A stretch of 64,000 nucleotides of DNA from Fibrobacteria bacterium (GCA_043745805.1 JAYTSD010000017.1:96001-160000); one strand, 5' to 3'; shown: positions 49,010 to 59,314, numbered from the stretch's first letter. Numbers and translations are program-made. Notes: generated from the sequence alone by a model not told the origin.

Positions 49010-50413
49010 TTAAATATGAACGGATAGGCCTTGCGAATCCATCGCGGCTTCCATGACCGCTTCGCTCAAGGTTGGATGCGCATGAATAGTATGCATAATT
49101 TCGGAATAAGTACTTTCCAATTTCATGGCTAAACCTAATTCGGCAAGCATTTCTGTCGCTTCGGTGCCGATGATATGTGCGCCAATAAGTTCGCCATATT
49201 TCGCGCCAAAAATTAATTTCACCATGCCTTCGGTATGTCCAATAGCACGAGCTTTGCCACTGGCCATAAAAGGAAAGCGACCAATTTTCACGGCGATATT
49301 TTTTTCCTTACAAGCCTTTTCGGTTAAGCCAATCGACGCCACTTGTGGCTGACAATAAGTAGCTCCAGGAATTTGGCCATAATTCAGGCCATGCTTGGCA
49401 GTGCCTAAAATTTTTGCGACAGCTGTTTCACCTTCTGCCGAAGCTTTATGCGCCAATAACTGTTTACCAGCGCAATCGCCTATTGCAAAAATGCCTTTGA
49501 TATTGGTTTCTTGGAATTCATCCACTTGAATAAATCCGCGTGTATCGAGTTTCACACCAGCTTGTTCTAAACCTAAATCTTTAGTGTTAGGTGCTATACC
49601 CACAGCCACTAAAACTTTATCTACTTCAATTGGAGTAGCTTTTTTAGCTGCATCTACCAATTTGGCAGAAATTTGTCCGGGTTTAATTACTTTCACATCT
49701 TCCACCGCGGTGGTGAGATAACAATTAATGCCTTGCTTTTTAAATGAGCTTAATAAAGCTTTGGAAATTTCTTCATCTTCCACAGGTAACAATTGGGGTA
49801 ACATTTCTACTAAATGTACTTCGCTGCCCAAACTATTGAAAAAGTATGCGAATTCCACACCGATAGCACCAGCGCCTACAATTAAAATTTTCTTAGGTTG
49901 TTCTTTGCTTTCTAAAGCATGGCGATAGGTGATAAGGTTTTGTCCGTCGATAGGGAATTGCGGAAAGCTACGTGCTGCACCACCCGTGGCGATAACAATA
50001 TTTGCCGCTTGTACATTACTTTTTTTACCATCAGCGGATGTTACTTCAATGAGACCTTTGGAGAGCAACTTAGCCATTCCGGCAATCACTTCAATTTTAT
50101 TTTTTTTCATCAAAAATTGCACGCCCGAACTATTCACTTTTGCCACGGAACGGGAACGATCCACTACTTTGTCATATTGTACGGTTACATTGTCGGCGGT
50201 TAAACCATACTCTTTTGCGTGTTTTAAATTATTGAATACTTCCGCGCTTTTCAATAAAGCTTTAGTCGGGATACATCCCCAATTCAAACAAATGCCGCCG
50301 AGTTCACTACGTTCTATAATCGCTACTTTTTTGCCAGCTTGCGCGCCTTTAATCGCGGCCACATAACCGCCAGGTCCACTGCCTATTACTACGATATCAA
50401 ATTGTTGACTCAA
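49010..50413 (-). CDS. lpdA: Dihydrolipoyl dehydrogenase (E3)
   Basis: GSGPGGY, GGICLNWGCIPTK, HAHPTLSE. Confidence 0.97.
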   Translation of the reverse strand: MSQQFDIVVIGSGPGGYVAAIKGAQAGKKVAIIERSELGGICLNWGCIPTKALLKSAEVFNNLKHAKEYGLTADNVTVQYDKVVDRSRSVAKVNSSGVQFLMKKNKIEVIAGMAKLLSKGLIEVTSADGKKSNVQAANIVIATGGAARSFPQFPIDGQNLITYRHALESKEQPKKILIVGAGAIGVEFAYFFNSLGSEVHLVEMLPQLLPVEDEEISKALLSSFKKQGINCYLTTAVEDVKVIKPGQISAKLVDAAKKATPIEVDKVLVAVGIAPNTKDLGLEQAGVKLDTRGFIQVDEFQETNIKGIFAIGDCAGKQLLAHKASAEGETAVAKILGTAKHGLNYGQIPGATYCQPQVASIGLTEKACKEKNIAVKIGRFPFMASGKARAIGHTEGMVKLIFGAKYGELIGAHIIGTEATEMLAELGLAMKLESTYSEIMHTIHAHPTLSEAVMEAAMDSQGLSVHI

Positions 50414-50446
50414 GTTAACTCCAAATTTATTCGTGACGATATTTAC

Positions 50447-50477
50447 AAAAAATAAAAAGGCTAATAAAAATAGCCTT
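50447..50477 (-). terminator. Weak intrinsic terminator between pdhC and lpdA
   Basis: AAGGCTA/TAGCCTT stem followed by a U-rich tail on the minus strand. Confidence 0.4.
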
Positions 50478-50484
50478 AGTTTAA

Positions 50485-51783
50485 TTACAACATTAAGCTA
50501 ACTGGATTTTCCAAAATGGCTTTTAAGCCCATTAGGAACTTGGCTCCCAAAGCACCATCCACCGCGCGATGATCAGCACTTAAAGTCACATTCATATAAG
50601 AACGTTCTTTAATGGCCTCTCCATCTTTATACAATTCATTTTGAATACCACTTACTGCTAAAATGCCTACTTGCGGAGGATTTATGATAGCGGTGAAAGA
50701 ATCGACGCCAAACATGCCCATATTAGAAATAGTAAAAGTGCCGCCTTGATACTCTTCGGGAGATAATTTATTCGCTTTCGCTTTTTCCACTAAGTTTTTA
50801 ATATCCACGGAAATTTGTCCCAAACCTTTTTGATCTACATTGCGTACAATAGGAGTAATCAATCCACCATCTACGGACACTGCCACGCAAATATCAATGT
50901 TGGCATATTGACGAATATAATCGCCATGGAAAGTCGCATTCAATTCCGGATGTTGACGTAAGGCATAAGCGGTGGCTTTTATCACCAAATCATTTACACT
51001 CACTTTATAGCCGGGTGCTTTGTTTAGTTTGCCACGCAATTCTTGTAAAGCATCCATTTCAATTTTCATGGTCACATAGAAAGTAGGCATGCTTTGTGTC
51101 GATTCTAGTAATCGTTTCGCAATGACTTTACGCATCATGTTCATAGGAATATCAGTTGTAGGTAACACTGGTGCTAACGATCCATAATGCGGACGCGATA
51201 GAGGCGCTGCGGCTCCCTTACCTGCTGCTGGAGCGCCAACTGGAGCTTTGGGTTGAGCTAAATAATGATCGACATCTTGACGAATGATGCGGCCATGTGG
51301 GCCACTGCCAGTAATATTATTTAAGGCAACTTGAGATTCTTCCGCCACTTTGCGTGCTAGGGGAGAGGCTTTAATGCGAGAGTTCTCCACGGGTGCCACA
51401 ACAGGTTGAGCGGCCACGGCAATGGGTGCCGGAGTTGGTATTGATGCCGCAGCAGCTGCTACCGGTTTTGCACCGCCGCTTTTTATGGACTCATCTTTTT
51501 TTAAGGCCTTTTCTAAAAATGCCGAATAGTCTTCTTCTTTTTCATCAGTAAGAATACCTATCAATTGATTGACTTTACCTGCGGCGCCGCTAGGCAAAAT
51601 AATTTTACGTAAAAAGCCTTCGTCTAGACTTTCATAATCGACTGTGGTTTTATCGGTTTCCACACTGCATAACATGGTTCCAGGTTTAATGAAGTCGCCT
51701 TCTTTAACCAACCATTTTGCTAATACGCCTTCTTCCATAGTGGGGCTTAAACTTGGCAATAATAAACTTGTAGGCATTGTCAC
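50485..51783 (-). CDS. pdhC: Pyruvate dehydrogenase E2 dihydrolipoamide acetyltransferase
   Basis: PSLSPTMEEG, VETDK lipoyl motif, ASPLARK, DHRAVDGA. Confidence 0.95.
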   Translation of the reverse strand: MTMPTSLLLPSLSPTMEEGVLAKWLVKEGDFIKPGTMLCSVETDKTTVDYESLDEGFLRKIILPSGAAGKVNQLIGILTDEKEEDYSAFLEKALKKDESIKSGGAKPVAAAAASIPTPAPIAVAAQPVVAPVENSRIKASPLARKVAEESQVALNNITGSGPHGRIIRQDVDHYLAQPKAPVGAPAAGKGAAAPLSRPHYGSLAPVLPTTDIPMNMMRKVIAKRLLESTQSMPTFYVTMKIEMDALQELRGKLNKAPGYKVSVNDLVIKATAYALRQHPELNATFHGDYIRQYANIDICVAVSVDGGLITPIVRNVDQKGLGQISVDIKNLVEKAKANKLSPEEYQGGTFTISNMGMFGVDSFTAIINPPQVGILAVSGIQNELYKDGEAIKERSYMNVTLSADHRAVDGALGAKFLMGLKAILENPVSLML

Positions 51784-51907
51784 TCCAATTTTGATGAGTA
51801 AATATTTAAGAAATTAGAATTTTAAAATTGCCGCCATAATTGCGGCATGAAAGAAATAAGATTAAGACAAAAAATGTGTAATCTATCGGTTACACATTAG
51901 TTACCTA

Positions 51908-52888
51908 TCAGTTACGATAGGTAACTTGTCTTGCAGCTTGGATTATTTTTTCCACCGATGGCAAGGTGGCTGCTTCTAAATTAGCAGCGTATGGCATGGG
52001 GTTTTCGCTTTGGGCAATACGCACAATAGGCGCATCGAGATAATCAAAAAGGTTAGAGTAAATGCTTTCGGCAATTTGCGCACCCACGCTGGAAAAGAAA
52101 TGTCCTTCTTCAGCAATCACCACGCGATTAGTTTTCTTTACACTTTGCGCGATAAGCTCCATATCGAGAGGTTTTAAAGTACGCGGATCCAAAATTTCCG
52201 CATTGATTTCTTGTTTGGCTAATTCTTCAGCCGCCTTCATAGCATAGCCGCAAGTACGTGACCAAGCAATAATGGTTACATCTTTACCTTCGCGTTTAAT
52301 ATCGCCTTTACCGATGGGAATGATATATTCATTATCGGGAACATCTTCTTTAAGATTATAAGCCATTTCGTTTTCTAAAAAGATCACCGGATCATTGCAA
52401 CGAATAGCGGCTTTAAGCATACCTTTTGCATCGGCAGGCGTTGACGGAGCCATCACATAAAGCCCAGGGAAATGCGCATAAATACTTTCCATATTATGCG
52501 AATGTTGCGAAGAAACACGAGGTCCCGCACCATTAGGACCGCGAAACACAATAGGAATATTAAATAAACCACCGGACATATAATACATCTTGGCCGCATT
52601 AGAAATAATTTGATCAATGGCTACTAAGGAAAAATTCATACTCATGAATTCTACTATAGGACGTAAGCCCATCATAGCCGCACCTACAGCCAAACCTGCA
52701 AACCCGGATTCGGAAATAGGGGTATCAATTACGCGCTTTGGACCAAAATGATCCAATAAACCTTTAGTGACTTTGTAAGCACCATTGAATTCGGCAACTT
52801 CTTCCCCTAAAATGAAAACTTTTTCATCGCGGGTCATTTCTTCTTTCAAAGCTAAATTTAAAGCTTCTCTCATTTCAAGCGTGGCCAC
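51908..52888 (-). CDS. pdhB: Pyruvate dehydrogenase E1 beta subunit
   Basis: GEEVAEFNGAYKVTKGL, DTPISE, FRGPNG, QHS. Confidence 0.96.
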   Translation of the reverse strand: MATLEMREALNLALKEEMTRDEKVFILGEEVAEFNGAYKVTKGLLDHFGPKRVIDTPISESGFAGLAVGAAMMGLRPIVEFMSMNFSLVAIDQIISNAAKMYYMSGGLFNIPIVFRGPNGAGPRVSSQHSHNMESIYAHFPGLYVMAPSTPADAKGMLKAAIRCNDPVIFLENEMAYNLKEDVPDNEYIIPIGKGDIKREGKDVTIIAWSRTCGYAMKAAEELAKQEINAEILDPRTLKPLDMELIAQSVKKTNRVVIAEEGHFFSSVGAQIAESIYSNLFDYLDAPIVRIAQSENPMPYAANLEAATLPSVEKIIQAARQVTYRN

Positions 52889-53883
52889 TATTTCACCTCA
52901 TCCATATAAACGTGCATCGTTAATTCTTCCAATGGGGGTTCGGGACTTTCATCCGCAAACTCTAAAGCGTCTTGTACTAAATCTTTAATTTTTTTCTGTA
53001 GCGTTTTAAATTCATCTTCTTTTAAAATCTTTTCATCAATCACAAATTTGGTGAGTGCATGCAAAGGATCTTTTGCTTTATAACAATCCACTTCTTCCTT
53101 ACTGCGATAAAGTCCCGCATCCGAAACCGAGTGGCCAGTATAGCGATAGGTTTTCATATGCACTAAAGCGGGGCGACGTGTAGTACGGGTTTCATGCACA
53201 ATTTGTTGCATTTTTTCTTGCACTTCAAAAAAGTTCATGCCGTCAATGGTATAACCTTTAACACCATAAGCTTCGGCTTTAGAAGCAATATCGGTATTCG
53301 CAATAGCGCGAGTATTCGCTGTGCCCATGCCATATTGATTATCTTCACAAATAAAAATGGCCGGTAAATCCCAGAGCGCGGCCAAATTCATACATTCATG
53401 GAAAGTGCCTTGCACCGTGGCTCCATCGCCAAAGAAAATAAAACTCACGGCATTATCTTCATTGTAATTGGATTTAAAAGCGGCACCGATACCGATACCA
53501 AATTGACCGCCTACAATACCATGTCCGCCAAGGAAATTATGTTCCTTGGAGAAAAAATGCATAGAGCCGCCTTTGCCACGCGCGCAACCAGTCACTTTAC
53601 CAAAAAGTTCCGCCATACCGGCACGAGGCGACAAGCCTAAAGCTAAGGAAAGACCATGACAACGATAAGTGGTGACAACGGAATCTTGGGGAAGTTTATG
53701 CTCCAAGGTTCCTACGCCAACAGCCTCTTGACCTATATAAGTATGTAAAAAACCGGCAATTTTCTTTTGTTGATAAGCTTTGATGCTGGCTTCTTCAAAG
53801 AAGCGGATAATCAGCATTTTTTCGAGGGCACTTAAGAGTTTTTCCTTAGAAAAACTCTTTTTCTCTTTTTTTACGCTTTCCAT
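52888..53883 (-). CDS. pdhA: Pyruvate dehydrogenase E1 alpha subunit
   Basis: GFLHTYIGQEA, GKGGSMH, GDGA...N ThDP motif, YRYTGHS. Confidence 0.96.
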   Translation of the reverse strand: MESVKKEKKSFSKEKLLSALEKMLIIRFFEEASIKAYQQKKIAGFLHTYIGQEAVGVGTLEHKLPQDSVVTTYRCHGLSLALGLSPRAGMAELFGKVTGCARGKGGSMHFFSKEHNFLGGHGIVGGQFGIGIGAAFKSNYNEDNAVSFIFFGDGATVQGTFHECMNLAALWDLPAIFICEDNQYGMGTANTRAIANTDIASKAEAYGVKGYTIDGMNFFEVQEKMQQIVHETRTTRRPALVHMKTYRYTGHSVSDAGLYRSKEEVDCYKAKDPLHALTKFVIDEKILKEDEFKTLQKKIKDLVQDALEFADESPEPPLEELTMHVYMDEVK

Positions 53884-54274
53884 TCAATACCTTTCATTTT
53901 CTTACTTGTCACTTTTCATATTTCACGCATTAAAAGCAATGTAACTGGGCATAAAGCTTGCCTTATAGCTCAAAATCGAATCCATCTCCTGATTTCTGCT
54001 CCAAAAGGCAAAAATGTTACTTGAGAGGCTTGGATTGATGTTTTGGTTTTTCATTTGTTGCAGAAACTTAATAAAAAATTCATATATTGCATATTTCAAG
54101 TTAAGATCATTTCAGAAAAAAACCTTGTTTGCCAAAAAATTGTCGATTTTCATTCCATCTTGTTTTTTCATGAATACGAAATTAGCCTTTAAGTCCTAGT
54201 TTTTGATAAATTAAACTTACCCGATTATTGTAATGGGGACATGGGAAAATTGCAATCTTAATTATGAGGGTTTC

Positions 54275-54757
54275 ATGACTACAGAAAATACCGATAAGGC
54301 TTTGGCCATTGGCAAAATAACTTCCGGCTTATTCATTGTAACTGCAGGTAAAAATGAAGTTTATGATGGTTACTTGGCTTCTTGGATTCAACAAGTGTCC
54401 TTTGAACCCTTATTACTTTCTATTGCAATGAAACCAGGTCGGCCCTGTTATGATTTTATTCAAGAAAATGGAATTTTCTGCATAAATATCGTGGGATCGG
54501 AAAATAATGGCCTGATGAAACCCTTTTGGAAAGGCTATGATCCGCAAATTTCTCCCTTCGAGGGTTTACAAAAAAGCATTTCTAGCCAGGGAAGTCTCAT
54601 TTTGCTCGATGCCATGGCTGCTATTGAATGCAAAATGCTTTCATCGATCAAACCTGGAGATCATGAAATCTTAATTGCCGAAGTTTTAGCCAGCTATACG
54701 CTGAAAGAAAAAGATAAACCTTTAGCCCATGTGCGAAAATCTGGTTCGAGCTATTAG
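54275..54757 (+). CDS. Flavin reductase family protein
   Basis: GLFIVTA, ASWIQQVSFEP, GDH, HVRKSG; start set at ATG 54275. Confidence 0.9.
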   Translation: MTTENTDKALAIGKITSGLFIVTAGKNEVYDGYLASWIQQVSFEPLLLSIAMKPGRPCYDFIQENGIFCINIVGSENNGLMKPFWKGYDPQISPFEGLQKSISSQGSLILLDAMAAIECKMLSSIKPGDHEILIAEVLASYTLKEKDKPLAHVRKSGSSY

Positions 54758-54811
54758 GGCATTTTTACTGTAACATACAAGGACACTTGGCGACTTATAA
54801 GTAAACGTAGG

Positions 54812-56086
54812 ATGTTTAAAAGCTTGGGTTATAAAGGAAAAATCATGCACTCGACAATGAATTTATGGCGGCCTGCTACTTTGGGTTTAATGGGTTTACT
54901 AATAGTTTTGCTATGTATAAAACTATTACCCGCCTCTAATAGTTATTTAGAAAAAGTCTCCGAAACAGCCGATCAAGCGGCAGCCCGTGAAGCCAAGGCC
55001 TTAGCCGATCCGAATTTAGCATTAGCCACCTTTGCTGGAGGATGTTTTTGGTGTATGGAAACTGCTTATGAACATGTGCCCGGTGTAAAGGCCGTAATAT
55101 CAGGGTTCTCCGGCGGTGCTGAAAAAAATCCCACTTATGAACAAGTAGGGGAGGGATTAACCGGCCATGCCGAGTCGGTGCAAGTGCATTATGACCCTAC
55201 TATGATCAGCTACGCTTCCCTAGTGGAAATTTTTTGGCGGCAAATTAATCCTACGGATGCCGGAGGTCAATATGCTGATCGTGGTAAACAATATCGAACA
55301 GCTATCTTTTATCATAATACAGAGCAAAAAGGTATAGTGGATGCTTCGGAATTACAATTAATCAAGAGTGGTCGTTTTAATAAGCCTATTGTGACAGAAA
55401 TTACAGCGTATAATGCTTTTTATGCTGCGGAAGAATATCATCAAAATTTTTATTTAAAGGATCCTTTCCGTTATAAAAGCTATCGAAAAGGGTCGGGTCG
55501 TGTGGACTATTTGGCTAAAACTTGGAAAGATGAAAAGGAGATAAAAATGATTCCTGTAAATGCAGATAATGATGGTGTGGAAAATAAAATGGGTGAGGAA
55601 AAAAAAGATAATATGAACAATAAAGTTAAAGTAACTTCTCGATTCACCAAGCCTTCGGCGAATGAATTAAAGAAAAAACTAAGTCCCGTGCAATATCGTG
55701 TCACTCAAGAAAGTGGCACAGAACGGCCTTTTGAAAATGAATTTTGGGACAACCATAAAGACGGCCTATATGTCGATATTGTTTCTGGCGAAGCCTTATT
55801 TAGTTCTGCAGATAAATTTAATAGCGGTACCGGTTGGCCAAGCTTTACTAAGCCCGTGGATAAAAATAGCTTGAAGTCACTAGGTGACAATAGCCTTGGT
55901 ATGGATAGAATGGAAGTGCGTAGTAAATTAGGCGATTCGCATTTGGGGCATGTATTTGACGATGGACCAAAGCCGATGGGTTTGCGTTACTGTATAAATT
56001 CCGCCTCTTTACGTTTTATCCCTAAGGAAAAACTTGAAGCTGAAGGTTATGGAAATTGGAAAATGCTTTTCGAGAAAAAGCCCTAG
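54812..56086 (+). CDS. msrAB: Exported bifunctional methionine sulfoxide reductase MsrA-MsrB
   Basis: GGCFWC (MsrA); [23 protein letters not shown] (MsrB); N-terminal anchor; start may be 54845. Confidence 0.95.
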   Translation: MFKSLGYKGKIMHSTMNLWRPATLGLMGLLIVLLCIKLLPASNSYLEKVSETADQAAAREAKALADPNLALATFAGGCFWCMETAYEHVPGVKAVISGFSGGAEKNPTYEQVGEGLTGHAESVQVHYDPTMISYASLVEIFWRQINPTDAGGQYADRGKQYRTAIFYHNTEQKGIVDASELQLIKSGRFNKPIVTEITAYNAFYAAEEYHQNFYLKDPFRYKSYRKGSGRVDYLAKTWKDEKEIKMIPVNADNDGVENKMGEEKKDNMNNKVKVTSRFTKPSANELKKKLSPVQYRVTQESGTERPFENEFWDNHKDGLYVDIVSGEALFSSADKFNSGTGWPSFTKPVDKNSLKSLGDNSLGMDRMEVRSKLGDSHLGHVFDDGPKPMGLRYCINSASLRFIPKEKLEAEGYGNWKMLFEKKP

Positions 56087-56115
56087 TTTAGAATTCGAAT
56101 TGACCCGATCATGGT

Positions 56116-56142
56116 AATTCTCGCAACAGTGTTGCGTGAATT
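56116..56142. terminator. Hairpin between convergent msrAB and PHP gene
   Basis: AATTC-T-CGCAAC-AGT-GTTGCG-T-GAATT. Confidence 0.5.
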
Positions 56143-57690
56143 TTAGTTTAAATAAACTGGCGCGCTTATAGCCAGCTTTTTTTCCGAAGTCCAAGCTTCG
56201 GCACGGTAATATAAACCGGTGTTTAACGCATGTTCTCTTTCAATGTGATAAGCACCTGAACGAAGCTCCCAAGTCTTTTCAATACTTTCTTGTGAACCGC
56301 CAAGTTTCCCCATGAACAAATGAATTTTTTGTAGTTCTCCAAAATCAGGTGAGGAATGCGCTGCTATTTTAATTTTATTGGCTTCGGTTTTTAAGGAAAT
56401 AACTGGCCCATCGGTGATACAAATATCACCATTATTAATGGCTTTTTGATATCCCTCAATACTTTTGTTTTCAGTTTTCACAACGGTACGCACCGAACCT
56501 AAAACATGCTTACGACTGTGGTATAAGGAAAACATGGGCATTTTAACGCCGATATTCTGATTTAAATCTCCATGAGCATCACTCGATCCAATCGGCAAAT
56601 AGCGATTGCCTTTGAGTAATTCACTAACCCATAAAGCTCTTCCATGCGAAAAATCAATACCACGATGACCATTCCAAAATTGTAAGCCAGTAACACTGCG
56701 AGTCTTTTCTTTGGTTTGTAAATCTTGTGCATGCCACATGCCACGACGGAAAATCATTTGCTCTAAGCGACTTACTTTAACGCGTGGGTGTGCAGCAAAG
56801 GCTGGAATTTTACCAATGCGTTCTAAGACTTCCTCAATTTTTAAATCGGGTTTATTATTGAACCAACGTCGTCCGCCATCACCATGGCCCGGAATAAATT
56901 CTGGATGCCCCATTACCAAAAGATGCACATTTTCACCACGACTATTGCCGCAGGAAACTTCTTCACCAGGAATAAGAGTGGGGAAGTGTTCCTGTTTCGT
57001 TTCGTTTAACTGCAAAGCTTCTTGACGATAATTTTGAAAATTTTTAAAAGGATCGGTAGGTTGCATATATTGATCTTTACGATAGTAAAAATCATAAGAA
57101 TGATCGGTACAGCAAACAAAGCCCAAGCCTAAAGCCGCTCCAGCTTCCTGTAACACTTTTAAAGGCGCTCCATATTCCACAGGATCATTGGAATAGTCCG
57201 AATGGCAATGTAACTCCCCTGCTACCCAATGCTCGGGATAGGGTAAGGCATGGGCCAAGCGCTGCACTTGTAAAGACGGTGTTTGTAGGCTAGGAAAATT
57301 GCCATTGAAAATAATTTGCAGCTTGCCATTTTTTTCAATTACAATTTTTGTGTGTAGGGTATAGGTATCTGGTTGTTTAGGTAGCTTTAATGCAAGAGGA
57401 AAAAATAAAAGATTTTCATTGACTAAAAAATCGAAGGAAAAAGACTGTTGCGTTTTTTCTTGCTGCGCATGGATTTGTACATCCACACTTTTAACTTTTA
57501 TGGGAAAATAATCGGCATCTTTAATGATGAGATAAAAAATTGGATCACTGTCAGGTAAACAAATGCTCGGCCCATCTATAAAAACTTCTGGCCACTTTTT
57601 ATGTAGCGGTGACCATAGCAATTTGAATTTATAATGGGTTTCCGCGTAAGGTAAAGAAAATGGCGGTTTAAACATTCTATAAGGGTTCAC
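56143..57690 (-). CDS. PHP-superfamily (CehA/McbA-like) metallohydrolase
   Basis: GELHCHSDYS, CTDH, GEEVS, AHP, GSSDAH. Confidence 0.8.
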   Translation of the reverse strand: MNPYRMFKPPFSLPYAETHYKFKLLWSPLHKKWPEVFIDGPSICLPDSDPIFYLIIKDADYFPIKVKSVDVQIHAQQEKTQQSFSFDFLVNENLLFFPLALKLPKQPDTYTLHTKIVIEKNGKLQIIFNGNFPSLQTPSLQVQRLAHALPYPEHWVAGELHCHSDYSNDPVEYGAPLKVLQEAGAALGLGFVCCTDHSYDFYYRKDQYMQPTDPFKNFQNYRQEALQLNETKQEHFPTLIPGEEVSCGNSRGENVHLLVMGHPEFIPGHGDGGRRWFNNKPDLKIEEVLERIGKIPAFAAHPRVKVSRLEQMIFRRGMWHAQDLQTKEKTRSVTGLQFWNGHRGIDFSHGRALWVSELLKGNRYLPIGSSDAHGDLNQNIGVKMPMFSLYHSRKHVLGSVRTVVKTENKSIEGYQKAINNGDICITDGPVISLKTEANKIKIAAHSSPDFGELQKIHLFMGKLGGSQESIEKTWELRSGAYHIEREHALNTGLYYRAEAWTSEKKLAISAPVYLN

Positions 57691-57904
57691 CTTGTGGATA
57701 TTCGGAGTGAGAATTTTTTACAATAACAGAGTCATCGGTATTCAAATCTTCATTGAAGAGTGGAAAATAATCCCTTCTATCGTGAATTCTATCTTCTGCT
57801 CGCCGGTTAGCAAACTCGATAGTAATTTGATTTAAACGTCTTTCCGTTTTACGTAAGTCCCAAGAACCACCCTTAAAAACTCTGCTTTCATTTAAGTCAC
57901 TCAT
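57677..57904 (-). CDS. Small hypothetical protein with ERR/NRR/DRR repeats
   Basis: 75 aa, G-rich RBS, overlaps the start of the downstream gene. Confidence 0.55.
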   Translation of the reverse strand: MSDLNESRVFKGGSWDLRKTERRLNQITIEFANRRAEDRIHDRRDYFPLFNEDLNTDDSVIVKNSHSEYPQGEPL

Positions 57905-58050
57905 ATAGACCCCCCAAAAAAATTAAAGCAATGAGCATGATTTAATATAAAATTAATAAGACTACGTATTCATTCTAATTTTTTTGCAATGCTATGATTT
58001 TCGAGACAAAATACAATTAAAGCAACAAAACTAGGCTTGTAAAGAATTTA

Positions 58051-58078
58051 AGTTTACATAATATATATTATGCGAATA
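58051..58078 (-). other. dif site (XerC/XerD recombination site)
   Basis: Minus strand TATTCGCATAA-TATATA-TTATGTAAACT; 11-6-11 layout; XerC arm resembles E. coli GGTGCGCATAA, spacer plus XerD arm match the B. subtilis dif. Confidence 0.85.
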
Positions 58079-58104
58079 TAAACTTCATTTCTTAAATGGG
58101 GAGT

Positions 58105-58692
58105 TTAAAAATTTTCAGGCACTCTTAAGAGTTTTGTTTCAGTTGTAAACTCTTTAGCCTCTGTGCCATTTATTAACAATCTGTCTTTGGCATCCCAAAT
58201 CATTCTCATTATAAATTGATTTTTTGAAAGTTCTATTTTACTGGCAACTTGCTTTAATTTTGAGTGTGTAGGTTCATCGAGTTTAAAAGATAATCTGGAC
58301 CTTGCGGGACCTAAATTTGTAACCTTCGCTTTTTTTATCCAGGATATTCTATTCGATTTAGAAAGGTAATATCGCAACATAGATTTAAATGCATCAGGTG
58401 TTTCAAGTCTTGAATGATATCCAATACTTAAAAGCACATCATTTATAACCTCGGGAACCATATAATCAACAAATTCCGATTGCTTTTTGTAATATGGAGC
58501 AATTTTCGGAGTCGATTGTGGCGGCAAAAGCAATCTTTCATGGCAACTATCACAAAAGCCTTGTAAAACGTTCGGAATTTCATCCTTTTTTTCTGTTAAA
58601 TAGGGTCTATAGATAAATGTTACCGTAACAATAGATTTACAAGTTGGGCAAAATGCTTTTATTTTATCATTTTCATTAAATATTTTAGTCAT
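58105..58692 (-). CDS. Putative antitoxin: MqsA-like Zn ribbon plus two RHH-like domains
   Basis: CPTC...IPNVLQGFCDSC; RLSFKLDEPTHSKLKQVASKIELSKNQFI RHH pattern; ATGA overlap with upstream gene. Confidence 0.65.
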   Translation of the reverse strand: MTKIFNENDKIKAFCPTCKSIVTVTFIYRPYLTEKKDEIPNVLQGFCDSCHERLLLPPQSTPKIAPYYKKQSEFVDYMVPEVINDVLLSIGYHSRLETPDAFKSMLRYYLSKSNRISWIKKAKVTNLGPARSRLSFKLDEPTHSKLKQVASKIELSKNQFIMRMIWDAKDRLLINGTEAKEFTTETKLLRVPENF

Positions 58693-58973
58693 TGATGTAC
58701 CGATATAAAGAAACAATCTGGATCAACAAAATAAAGTTTGATATACCATTTTTGCGATTTAAATAAATGGACTGGTATTTTAAGGTCAGAGTGCAATTCA
58801 CTACAGGTGTATTCATTTCCATTACATCCCTTTAATATTTTTATAACCTCTGCCTCGCTTATTATGCCAATGGCAAATAAGTTTTTCTCGGCTTGGTCTA
58901 TCCTATTTTCATGTATATATTGACCTTTTAATAAGCAATCTATCACCTTTGCTCTTATAACTTTGAAATTCAT
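58689..58973 (-). CDS. Putative MqsR/DUF4258-like ribonuclease toxin
   Basis: 94 aa; ISEAEVIKIL...HLFKSQKWYIKLYF...FFISVH resembles the RelE-superfamily/MqsR C-terminus; AGGA RBS. Confidence 0.6.
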   Translation of the reverse strand: MNFKVIRAKVIDCLLKGQYIHENRIDQAEKNLFAIGIISEAEVIKILKGCNGNEYTCSELHSDLKIPVHLFKSQKWYIKLYFVDPDCFFISVHQ

Positions 58974-59063
58974 TAAAAATTCCTTTATTTGATTTTTCCA
59001 TATTGTCGTTTCCTTAGTTTTCCATTACGACTATTCCGTTATTGGAACAGTTTCTTTTGGTTC

Positions 59064-59285
59064 CTATAATGTTACAACAAAAGTTGGGTAAAAGTCAATG
59101 TAAATCATTAAGATTTTCTGATAATTTTTATTTTTAGGTGGCTTTGTGACCCAAAAACACTTATTTAAGTGCTCATCGACATTAACTTTGGCATTGGATA
59201 TTAATCTGTACATTTTTAAGGCCATTTCCGGCTTGGTATTAGGTAGAACAGAACGGAAATTTCTGGAATCGAGCCATAATTCCAA
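59064..59285 (-). other. Short AT-rich ORF or gene remnant of unknown function
   Basis: 73-aa ORF between engB and the TA pair; no recognisable motif. Confidence 0.25.
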
Positions 59286-59314
59286 TATTTTGACCCGCTT
59301 AAAAGCTTTTACTT

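Noticed and set aside
54014-54199. 61-aa ORF between pdhA and the flavin reductase
   Set aside because: AT-rich divergent promoter region with low-information translation
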